Assembly: GCA_965237675.1 (NCBI GenBank)
Contig: OZ250150.1
Coordinates: 2,656,001-2,720,000 of the forward strand
Reading direction: 5' to 3'
DNA from: Candidatus Latescibacterota bacterium
Lineage (GTDB): Bacteria; Latescibacterota; UBA2968; GCA-2709665
DNA: 64,000 nt
Under the pieces are notes generated by a model. It searched no databases and had not been told where the DNA came from. It was given only the letters and a program-made list of their open reading frames with translations. Position 1 is the first letter of the stretch, and the number at the start of each line of letters is the position of its first letter. This document shows, piece by piece, positions 30,134 through 39,700 of the stretch. The translations under genes were made by a program, and so were the position numbers.

Positions 30134-30992
30134 GTGTGTCCAGCGAAGGCTGGCATGTTCAGCAGGAGACAGTCCTGCCGGGGTAAGAGTCAGCAGCCCC
30201 GTAGCTTGGATAGCAGGGTGGCGGGAAACCAAAATCCTGGAGCCTATCGACAGAGTCTCCCTTGGGTGAGATTGCGAGTCATTGGGCCGTAACGAGAGTG
30301 AACGCAGCGGTGGCCCCGAAAGTGCGAAGGTCCGAAGGCCGAGCCCACAACCGGAGGGCGAAGGCAGCATGGGCAGCCGAATGCTGAACGAGACGGCTGC
30401 CCCACTTCGGCGGGGTGGTAGCGATGGCACGATGACAAGGACATGCCGAGCAACTGGAGAAGCCCTCCTCGCCCTGGCGCGAAATCGCCAGAGCAAGGTA
30501 AGCCCTATAACCGGAGACACCGGGAAGGGGGCTGAAGGTGAGAGGGTGGCGGAGGGGCGCGTAGTAGCGAAGAAGTGGGGTAATGCCCGTGGAGCGAAGG
30601 CGCCCTGCTGTTGACCATTCTCCAACAAAAAGGGAGGCACGGGCGGAATGACAAACACGCCCATCAAGGTGCAGGACCTGAGAAGGAGAATATATCTCAA
30701 GGCGAAGGCTGATTTGGCTGGAAGCGGTGGAGTAGGCAGTGGCTATACAAAGGACTCGAACTCTTTTCTGAGTATCGGGTTGACGACCACGGGCCGAAAG
30801 CCACTCCGGTACAATAGGTCCCATAACCCTTGAGAGGAAATCAGCAGGAAAGCCCGGTGCCGGCAAACGGCACGCCGGGTTTGACGTGGCGGGAGTTGGA
30901 AACGTGACCACGGGAGCCGGACTGAGGCCCATCGCGAAAGCGGTGGAATGGCCACCGGACCCTACCGTCGGCGCGCCAGCTCTCGACCCTAC
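30134..30992 (+). mobile_element. Group II intron 2 (inner; IEP internally deleted), inserted in domain V of intron 1
   Basis: 5' GTGTG at 30134; own DV (GCCCGGTGCC..GGCACGCCGGGTTTGA) and DVI ending CCCTAC at 30992; removal restores GTCCGGTTCGATGAG. Confidence 0.9.
30648..30790 (+). pseudogene. Vestige of intron 2 IEP (N-terminus fused out of frame to C-terminus)
   Basis: GGGAGG RBS + MTNTPIKVQDLRRRIYLKAKAD, then in another frame FGWKRWSRQWLYKGLELF. Confidence 0.8.
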
Positions 30993-31720
30993 CGATGAGC
31001 GGGATGTGGAAACGGAGCACGGAGAGGCTATTGAGGCACCGCCAGACGAAAGGGGCGGAAACAGATAGGCCCCTCCTAAACCACCGCGCCACATCTCGAC
31101 TCTACCAAAAAGAGGTAGTTTCCTTGTACAAGAGGTTGTTTATCCCTATATTTAGGGGTGACAAAAAAGAACAACCTAAAGAAAGGAAACTACCGTGGTA
31201 TCAAGACAAAACAAACGGTGATGAAGTTTGCAAGCATAATGGGCAAGAAGGTCGAAGCGGACTTCGACGGAGGCGTGACGAGCAGCGACGGCGGTGTGAT
31301 GCTTTTGCGGAAGTTGGAGTCGCGCATGGGCATCGTGGATCGGATCGTCGATGCGCTTTGTGACGGGCGTCACCAAAGTTATATCGCGCATACTTATCGG
31401 GACCTTATCAGACAACGGGTGTTCCAGATCGCCTGCGGCTACGAGGATGCCAAAGACAGCAACACCCTTCGCCCGGACCCTGCGCTGAAAGCCGCGTGCG
31501 AGCGGCTGCCGATCACGGATCAGGATCTGGCGTTTCAGCCGACGTTGTCGCGTCTGGAGAACAGCGTGAGCCGCAGGGACCTCTACCGTGTCGGTGAGGC
31601 GTTTGTGGAGGCGTTCATCGCCTCGTATGAAAAGCCGCCGAAGAAAATCGTGTTGGACATCGACGACACGGATGACCCAACGCACGGGTGCCAGCAACTG
31701 TCGTTGTTTCACGGTTATTT

Positions 31721-33102
31721 GAGCTCTTGTCAAGAGGTGTGTAAAAAGAATCAGGCGGCCAGTTTTTCGGATTGTGTGAAGGGTTTGCCATCCCTGTATA
31801 TTTGACCGGCATAGACGGCAGGCAAGAGATGGGACGCCTGTAGCTTACGGAAGCGTTTTTCTGCAACGACCAAGACGCGCCAAATGAGTGCTGTGGCGTT
31901 TTTGACTTTCTTGAATCGCTTGGCGACGTTGGTACGGAGGCGTACCGAGGCAAAGGGACTTTCCACGACATTGGTGGTCCTGATGTGTCTCCAGTGGGGT
32001 TCGGGAAAATCATAGAAGGCGCCCATGCGGTCCCAGTCGCGAAAAAGCGTGTCGACCGCATCCGGATAAGCCTTTTGGAAGTGTGCCGCGAAGCGTTGTC
32101 TGAGCTTGTTGGCGGCCTCTCGGGTTTTGGCGTAAGGCATCTGAGTCAACAATGCTGTGGCGTGCGCCTGAACGCGTTTGGGCAGTTTGTCTAACACGTT
32201 GATGATCTTGTGGTTCCAGCATCGCTGTTGGGTCGCTTCGGGCCAGATCTCATCCGCGGCTGCCCAGATGCCCAGGTTGCCGTCAGCCACCAACAGCACC
32301 GGCACGTTCAGTCCCCTGGTGTGCAGATCGCGCAGGACGTCCTTCCACGACTGGATCGATTCGCGGTAGCCCGGCTGGAGGGCTAAGACTTCTTTGCTTC
32401 CGTCGCTGAGGGCGCCAATAACCACCAACAGGGCTGCCTTTTCCTTCTCCAGGCCCGCTTTAACGTAAATGCCATCGGCCCAGGCGTAGACCAGTTCTCG
32501 ATCCCGTAGGCTGCGGCTGCGCCAGAGTTGGTGTTCGCCTTCCCACTTGGCACGCAGACGTGAAATGGACGCACACGATAAAGGAGCGCCTTCTCCCAAG
32601 AGACCGCGCAGCGCCAGTTCGAAGTCACCCAGCGAAAGGCCGCGTAAATACAACTCGGGAAGCAGATCGCCTACTTCCTTGGTGCGTCGAGCGAACAGCG
32701 GCAGAATCCGGCTTTCAAACCGCGCTTCCAGACCCCGCACTCTCGGCCGCCGCACCTCGACCGTACCGCAGGTCAGCGCAAGCTTGCGAGGCTTCCCATA
32801 GCCGTTGCGATACCCGGGTGAGGGATCCACACCCGCACGGCGCTGGTAGGGAAACCGACCCAGAAAGGCCGTCATCTCTTCTTCCAATACCTGCTGTAAA
32901 CGACCTTGAATCTCATTGCGTGCCCACGCTTCAAGGGCATCCCAAACAGGTGTGGACACTGCCGGGGTGTTTTGCGTATGTTCTTTCACGGCGACTCTCC
33001 TTCCTGCCGGAACCGCATTCGGCTCGGGTTGTAGGTAAACTTCTTGCTACAAGGAAGATAGGGTCGCCCTTTTCTTTTTTCCACACCCTTTTAATTTAAC
33101 TC
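31721..33102 (-). mobile_element. IS256-family element A
   Basis: 8-bp TSD GGTTATTT (31713-31720, 33103-33110); imperfect ~30-bp TIRs GAG...GGTGTG.AAAAAGAA. Confidence 0.93.
31751..32989 (-). CDS. IS256-family (Mutator-like) transposase
   Basis: YRNGY, RPRVR, WADGIY, VADG, QRCWNHK, RTTNVVES. Confidence 0.93.
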   Translation of the reverse strand: MKEHTQNTPAVSTPVWDALEAWARNEIQGRLQQVLEEEMTAFLGRFPYQRRAGVDPSPGYRNGYGKPRKLALTCGTVEVRRPRVRGLEARFESRILPLFARRTKEVGDLLPELYLRGLSLGDFELALRGLLGEGAPLSCASISRLRAKWEGEHQLWRSRSLRDRELVYAWADGIYVKAGLEKEKAALLVVIGALSDGSKEVLALQPGYRESIQSWKDVLRDLHTRGLNVPVLLVADGNLGIWAAADEIWPEATQQRCWNHKIINVLDKLPKRVQAHATALLTQMPYAKTREAANKLRQRFAAHFQKAYPDAVDTLFRDWDRMGAFYDFPEPHWRHIRTTNVVESPFASVRLRTNVAKRFKKVKNATALIWRVLVVAEKRFRKLQASHLLPAVYAGQIYRDGKPFTQSEKLAA

Positions 33103-34967
33103 GGTTATTTTGATAGTATTGCTACATGCCGCTGCATGTGTATGAAGGGCACTCGGGCAAACTCATCACGGCGCTGTTGCGGCCCGGATGCAGAATGGAC
33201 GGACGCACGATGGCGGCGATCTTAAGACGCGTTCTGGATCGGGTGTTGGCAGCGTGGCCGAAGGTTCGGATTCTCTTGCGTGGCGACGGGCACATCTCTG
33301 CGCCGGAAGTGCACGAACTATGTCAGGAATATCGCATCGATTTCCTTCTGGAACAGATGGTTAACAAGAAGCTCAAAGCCCTCGGCCAACCCCTGATGGA
33401 CGATGTCGCTGCACAGACCCAGACGGGTGAAGCACCCGTGCGTCTTTTCACGGCTTTCGATTATCAGGCCAAGTCCTGGAAGCGACCGCTCAGGATCATC
33501 TACAAGGCGGAAATGACCCACGACAAAGCCAACCCTCGCTTTGTCGTCACCAATATCCGTAACCGAACCCCCAGGTTCCTCTACGAGAAGATCTACTGCG
33601 CGCGCGGGCGCACCGAAGGCTTCATCAAAAACCACAAGACCTATCTGCGTTCTGACAGAACCTCCTGCCACCGCTTTTCAGCCAACCAGTCCCGGCTCTT
33701 CTTGCACAGCGCCGCCTACGTGCTCCTGCACGCCCTCAAAGAATCGGGAATGAAAGGCACCTCCTGGGTCAAAGCCGACTTCGATACCATCCAACTGCGG
33801 ATTCTGAAAATCGGCGCCCGCGTTCGAGAACAGACAACAAGGATCCGATTCCACTTCCCGACATCGTATCCCGATAAGGACCTGGTACGCGCCATCATCT
33901 ACAATCTCGATACCGCGTGATGATCAGACACCGCAACAATCAATACAATCCAGACCCAAAGCAACACCAAGGCATCACTGTGACCAGAAACAACCCCAGT
34001 CTCCTTTGAATCCCACCCAAACAGCTTTAAAGATCCAATACCGACTCAACCTTTACAATCACCCTTGCCGAATACATGCTCTACGACCTTCTTCACGCAA
34101 TTTTATACAATTGCATGAATTATTCAGGCTAGCTATATGCTGAATGCTGGTTGCTTCCGTTGTATCTTGCGAAAAATTTGAGCTCGGCCAGCTAAAAGCA
34201 ATGACAAATCCGCCGCAGGAGTTTGGTCATGATGGAATGCTTGTTGTTGGCGATCATGCCTCTGTTCTTGCTTGCTCAGCCAAGCGTCACACGTGACCTG
34301 GTCAGGGACGTTGAATGTGACTTCCGCGTTTTTCTGAGCGGATGTCGTTGAAAGTGGCCCAGGCAATAAGGCTAGGATTCCGGTAGCCTGCGGACGATTG
34401 CTGGAGAATCGGGTGTGGTTAGACAAATACTCGTATAGTGTACAAAGTTTCACTATGTCGGATTCATCTCACCCGTGAAACCCACTGTGGATGAGAGCCA
34501 CGATGGGCGTGTCCTGGGTTGATGTAGGCACCCGCATTGGTTCGGATTTGCAGCAATGCTGGACCGGTGGATCCCCAGTGTATACCGACGCGTTCGACTA
34601 ACTTGCGTGGTGCGTGCAAATCAGACGATCGCACTCACGCCCCCAGCGCCTTGTCCAAAGACGTATCGGTGCTTGGATTTTCGTGGTCCGTGGTGATTTG
34701 AAACTCGGAAATCGAACGATGCGCGAATTGCCGGTTGGAACCATGACTTCCTCGGGTCATGGGTAGGAACTCAGGACCGGCGTAACTTAACTAAAATCAA
34801 GCGGATTCGACGCCGACTCTCGAAAACAAGAACGGTAGCGGTCGCGCGAAATAGCGTTGAAGAGTAATGTGGCGGAGTGAGGAGATGGATGGGCAATGGC
34901 AGGTTTAGAGACCATGGAAAAGAGGGTACGAAAGATAAAGCCTGTATGATGACACCGGGAATATAAG

Positions 34968-35038
34968 ATTTACCCTTGACGAGATGCAAATAATCCTGGG
35001 TAAATTCCAATCAAGGGTTTACCATGGCAATGGTAAAC
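34968..35038. promoter_or_regulatory. Two TTTACC/GGTAAA inverted repeats (putative operators)
   Basis: ATTTACCC-22 nt-GGGTAAAT (34968-35005) and GTTTACCAT-GGCA-ATGGTAAAC (35017-35038) upstream of the 193-aa gene. Confidence 0.45.
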
Positions 35039-35079
35039 AACGAACGCGTACGAGCAGGTGAGTACACGATGGAGCCGCT

Positions 35080-35661
35080 ATGGAAGATGACAACGAGCTA
35101 TTGCTTGAAGCCTTGAATGAGGTCAATCGGCTTCAGAGGCAACATGCGTCGATCTTCAACTGGGGCTGTAAGGCGGTAAAAGAGGCAGGAATCACTGATG
35201 AATTCCTGAACCCAGAGGTTCACTGTGGACGACATTCGTTCACTAGCTTTGAACCCCTTAAACACGGCGAAGATCCACCCGACGCTTGGGTCTTTGGTTC
35301 AAACGGCAATCGGACGGCGCTTGAAATCGCCGAGTTGGTCAACCAGAGCACAATTGAGGCGCAGATCAACGGCGATGAATTGAAATACCGGGATGGGTCC
35401 GTCCGGTGGGCGGATCTCGCGTATTTCAAACGTCATGTGAACGAAATCGTCTCAACAAAGGACGCGAAATGCGGGAGATTGTTCTCAAAAGGGGTGGCCG
35501 TTCAACTTCTGCTTCACTCTGATGAAACGTACCTTCTTGCTTCCTATCGCGACCATCTCAATCAGGAACTCAACCTCACCTGCAATCGATTCGAAAGGGT
35601 GTGGCTACTGTTGAGCTACGACCCGAAGATCAAGAAGTGTCCCCTGATGGAACTCACTTGA
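35080..35661 (+). CDS. Hypothetical protein, possible PD-(D/E)xK-like fold
   Basis: GGAG RBS; DPPD...ALEIAEL pattern; lower GC. Confidence 0.55.
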   Translation: MEDDNELLLEALNEVNRLQRQHASIFNWGCKAVKEAGITDEFLNPEVHCGRHSFTSFEPLKHGEDPPDAWVFGSNGNRTALEIAELVNQSTIEAQINGDELKYRDGSVRWADLAYFKRHVNEIVSTKDAKCGRLFSKGVAVQLLLHSDETYLLASYRDHLNQELNLTCNRFERVWLLLSYDPKIKKCPLMELT

Positions 35662-35852
35662 CAGGCAGGTGCATGTCGATTACGCCAATGGCTAACTATC
35701 GTCAGATCGTTTCTGCATCCGGCAGTTGGCGAATTGCGAGCGTAGATGAGGATCGTTGGCTCAGTCGGTTTGTACGACTGTCACAATTTCGGCACCGCGA
35801 GTAACAATCCCCTTGATTTCGAGCTTGCTGGTTTTCCCGCCAGGTTAAAGGA

Positions 35853-36680
35853 ATGAGTGGTGGCTTTCAGCGAGTCCGCGACCAAATCCGATCCGTAGCT
35901 GATACCGACGCCCGCAAGGGACGCCTGTTTGAGAGGTTGATGAAGGCGTACTTCATGAGCGATCCGATCTACCGGGACCGGTTTTCGAGAGTCTGATTGT
36001 GGTCCGATTGGCATTCATGCGCCCGGGATTCGATGGAACGGATACAGGAATCGATCTAGTCGCAGAGGAGCGCGATGGCGGTTTTTGCGCGATTCAGTGC
36101 AAGTGTTATGCGCCGGACACCCGGATCTCAAAAGCCCATCTCGACTCATTCATTGCCGCTTCGACGCGCAAGCCAATCACGACCCTGTTGGTCGTCGATA
36201 CCGGAACCGAATGGGGACCAAACGCTCGCAAACACGTGGAAAGGCTGAGCGTTCCCTGTACAGGCTTACGTTTCAACGACCTCGCGGACCCGCCCATAGA
36301 TTGGCCCGATCTGGTTCGGGACGATCCGGAAAAGCTATCGTTGCGGCGTGAACCATTCAATCTCAGGCCACATCAGCAACAGGCACTGGATGACGTCACG
36401 AACGGTTTCAAGGATCACGACCGTGGAAAGCTGATCATGTCGTGCGGTACGGGCAAGACTTTTGCAGCGATGTGCATTGCGGAAAGGGCCGCTGGCGTGG
36501 GAGGACGGGCACTGTATCTCGTACCGTCGATTTCATTAGACGATGCGCGAGTAGGCGGAGCAAAAGGCAGTTACTCACCGCTATATTGCCATATGCTCCG
36601 ATGACCGTGCAGGACACACCGACGAAGACGCTTCACTTCAAGAACACGAAATCCCTGTCACCACGGACACGACAGGAATC
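35853..36680 (+). pseudogene. Type ISP-like (Mrr nuclease + SF2 helicase) restriction-modification gene remnant
   Basis: KGRLFERLMKAYF..DP.Y, TGA in place of W, frameshifts, DTGIDLVA..AIQCK, LRPHQ, GKLIMSCGTGKT, LYLVPSI; truncated. Confidence 0.8.
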
Positions 36681-36712
36681 GTGAGTCCAACAACAAGGTA
36701 AGGGTAACACAG

Positions 36713-39700
36713 ATGAAATCTCGGGCTGAGAACTGGATGCTCGTACTTTGCTCTGCCGGGTTGTTGTGCATGATTCTGGTTTCTACCGCGTCTCTTTCGA
36801 CGCAGACAACGTCAACTGTTCCGGACTTCAACGGGAACGGGATTGTGGATTTTTCAGACTTCGTGGCCTTTGCGGCTGTTTTCGGCGTTCAGCAGGGAGA
36901 CGAAGCGTATGATAACAAATACGACCTGGATGGGAATGGCGAGATTGACTTTGGCGACTTTGTGATCTTCGCTCGAAGTTTTGGAAAAGTTGTCAATACA
37001 GCACCTCCAGGAACACGCCCGCCACCGGGTCAGGGCAATTCGCCAGACCTGGTCGTGGCAACTCCTTCGGTGGACGATAGCAGCCTGGACGTAGGAGAAT
37101 CCTTCACCTTGAGCGCCACGGTACGCAACAATGGCAGCGGTTCGTCGTCGGCAACGACATTGCGTTACTACCTGTCGACGGACGCGACGATTTCTGACAG
37201 CGACACGCAGATTGGGACGGACGCTGTGAGCATTTTGGGTGCTTTCGAGGCGAGCGATCAGTCGGTCGATCTGAAGGCGCCGTCAACTGCGGGCACGTAT
37301 TACTATGGCGCCTGTGTCGATGTCGTAACGGGAGAATCCAGCAACGGAAACAACTGCTCCGGTGCGGTAATGGTAACGGTGGGTGGAGGATCACCACCGC
37401 CAGCAGCTCCCGAGGTAACAATTGCAGCGGGTACAACGCCTGTAACGGAAGGCACGGCAGCGACGTTTACAATCACGGTGTCCCCTGCACCGGCATCCGC
37501 TCTGACGGTGAACGTGAAAGTCACCGCAGATGGCGACGTCATCGGTGGTACACCCTATTCAACGGTGACTATCGACGCGAACAAGGGCACGGCTACGCTC
37601 GCGGTCATTACTGTGGATGACCAGGCCGATGAGGCCAATAGCGTGGTGACCGTGCGACTGCAAGGTGGAACCGGCTATACGGTCGGCGGTACATCTTCTG
37701 CTAGCGTAACGGTTAATGACAACGACCCTCCACAAGTGACGATTTCTGCGGGTACCTCACCTGTGAGGGAGGGCACGGCAGCGACGTTTACAATCACAGC
37801 ATCGTCTGCACCGGCCTCGGCACTGAGTGTGGGTGTGTCGGTAACCCAGTCAGGTGATGTCATCAGTGGCACGCCCTCATCAAGTGTGACGATCGATGCG
37901 AACAAGACGACGGCCACGCTGACGGTAGCGACGGACGATGACGGTAACGACGAGTCGAGCGGCGTGGTAACCGCGCAATTGCAGTCTGGCACAGGCTATA
38001 CCGTGGGCAGTACATTTTCGGCCAGTGTAACGGTAAACGACAACGATATTCCGCAGGTGACAATATCAGCAGGAACCACCCCTGTAACGGAAGGCACGGC
38101 AGCGACGTTTACAATCTCAGCGTCTCCTGCACCGGCATCCGCTCTGACAGTTACAGTGAATGTGACAGAGACAGGGGATGTCATAGGCGGTACACCTTCT
38201 ACAACGGTGACTATCGACGCCGCCAAGACTACGACCACGCTGACGGTCAATACGGTAAACGATGAAGCAGACGAACCCAATAGCAAGGTGACCGCAAAAG
38301 TCGAGACCGGCACGGGCTATACGGTGGATAGTGCATTTTCGGCCAGTGTAACGGTAAACGACAACGATATTCCGCAGGTGACAATATCAGCAGGAACCAC
38401 CCCTGTAACGGAAGGCACGGCAGCGACGTTTACAATCTCAGCGTCTCCTGCACCGGCATCCGCTCTGACAGTTACAGTGAATGTGACAGAGACAGGGGAT
38501 GTCATAGGCGGTACACCTTCTACAACGGTGACTATCGACGCCGCCAAGACTACGACCACGCTGACGGTCAATACGGTAAACGATGAAGCAGACGAACCCA
38601 ATAGCAAGGTGACCGCAAAAGTCGAGACCGGCACGGGCTATACGGTGGATAGTGCATTTTCGGCGAGCGTGACCGTTAACGACAATGACGATGCTCCACC
38701 TGGAACGCCGGTGGTGACAATTGCAGGAGGCACTCCCTCTGTAACGGAAGGCACGGCAGCGACGTTTACAATCACGGTGTCCCCTGCACCGGCATCCGCT
38801 CTGACGGTGAACGTGAAAGTCACCGAAGATGGCGACGTCATCGGTGGTACACCCTATTCAACGGTGACTATCGACGCGAACAAGGGCACGGCTACGCTCG
38901 CGGTCAATACTGTGGATGACCAGGCCGATGAGGCCAATAGCGTGGTGACCGCGCGACTGCAAGGTGGCACCGGCTATACGGTCGGCAGTACATCTCCTGC
39001 TAGCGTAACGGTAAACGACAACGACCCTCCACAAGTGACGATTTCTGCGGGTACCTCACCTGTGAGGGAGGGTACGGCAGCGACGTTTACAATCACAGCA
39101 TCGTCTGCACCGACCTCGGCACTGAGTGTGGGTGTGTCCGTCACCCAGTCAGGTGATGTCATCAGTGGCACGCCCTCATCAAGTGTGACGATCGATGCGA
39201 ACAAGACGACGGCCACGCTGACGGTAGCGACGGATGATGACAGTAAAGATGAGTCCAATGGCGTGGTAACCGCGCAATTGCAGTCTGGCACAGGCTATAC
39301 GTTGGACAGTACATCTTCGGCCAGTGTAACGGTAAACGACGACGATATCCCACAGGTGACAATTGCAGGAGGTACTCCCTCTGTAACGGAAGGCACGGCA
39401 GCGACGTTTACAATCACGGTGTCCCCTGCACCGGCATCCGCTCTGACGGTGAACGTGAAAGTCACCGAAGATGGCGACGTCATCGGTGGTACACCCTATT
39501 CAACGGTGACTATCGACGCGAACAAGGGCACGGCTACGCTCGCGGTCAATACTGTGGATGACCAGGCCGATGAGGCCAATGGCGTGGTAACCGCGCAATT
39601 GCAGTCTGGCACAGGCTATACGTTGGGCAGTACATCTTCTGCTAGCGTAACGGTCAATGACAACGACCCTCCACAAGTGACGATTTCTGCGGGTACCTCA

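Larger units (their letters stand above)
28269..31105 (+). mobile_element. Group II intron 1 (outer; IEP-encoding)
   Basis: 5' GTGCG at 28269; RT ORF; DV GAGCCGGATGC..GCACGTCCGGTT|CGATGAGCGGG split by intron 2; DVI ending CTCTAC at 31105. Confidence 0.92.
31158..33920 (+). pseudogene. IS1380-family DDE transposase interrupted by IS256
   Basis: FDGGVTSSDGG, QRVFQIACGYED, QPTLSRLEN, LDIDDTDD..HG.QQ; rejoined FHGY|FDSICYMPL; LRGDG, Y..RG..E..IK, FSANQ.RL. Confidence 0.9.
28256..34128 (+). mobile_element. IS1380-family element carrying nested insertions
   Basis: Imperfect TIRs CCCGGATTATTCA (28256-28268) and TGAATTATTCAGG (34116-34128); flanks TTAG/CTAG; IS1380-type transposase inside. Confidence 0.85.

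Noticed and set aside
34133-35010. Short ORFs (106 aa, 79 aa) in the low-GC segment
   Set aside because: No recognisable motifs or RBS; probably decayed sequence
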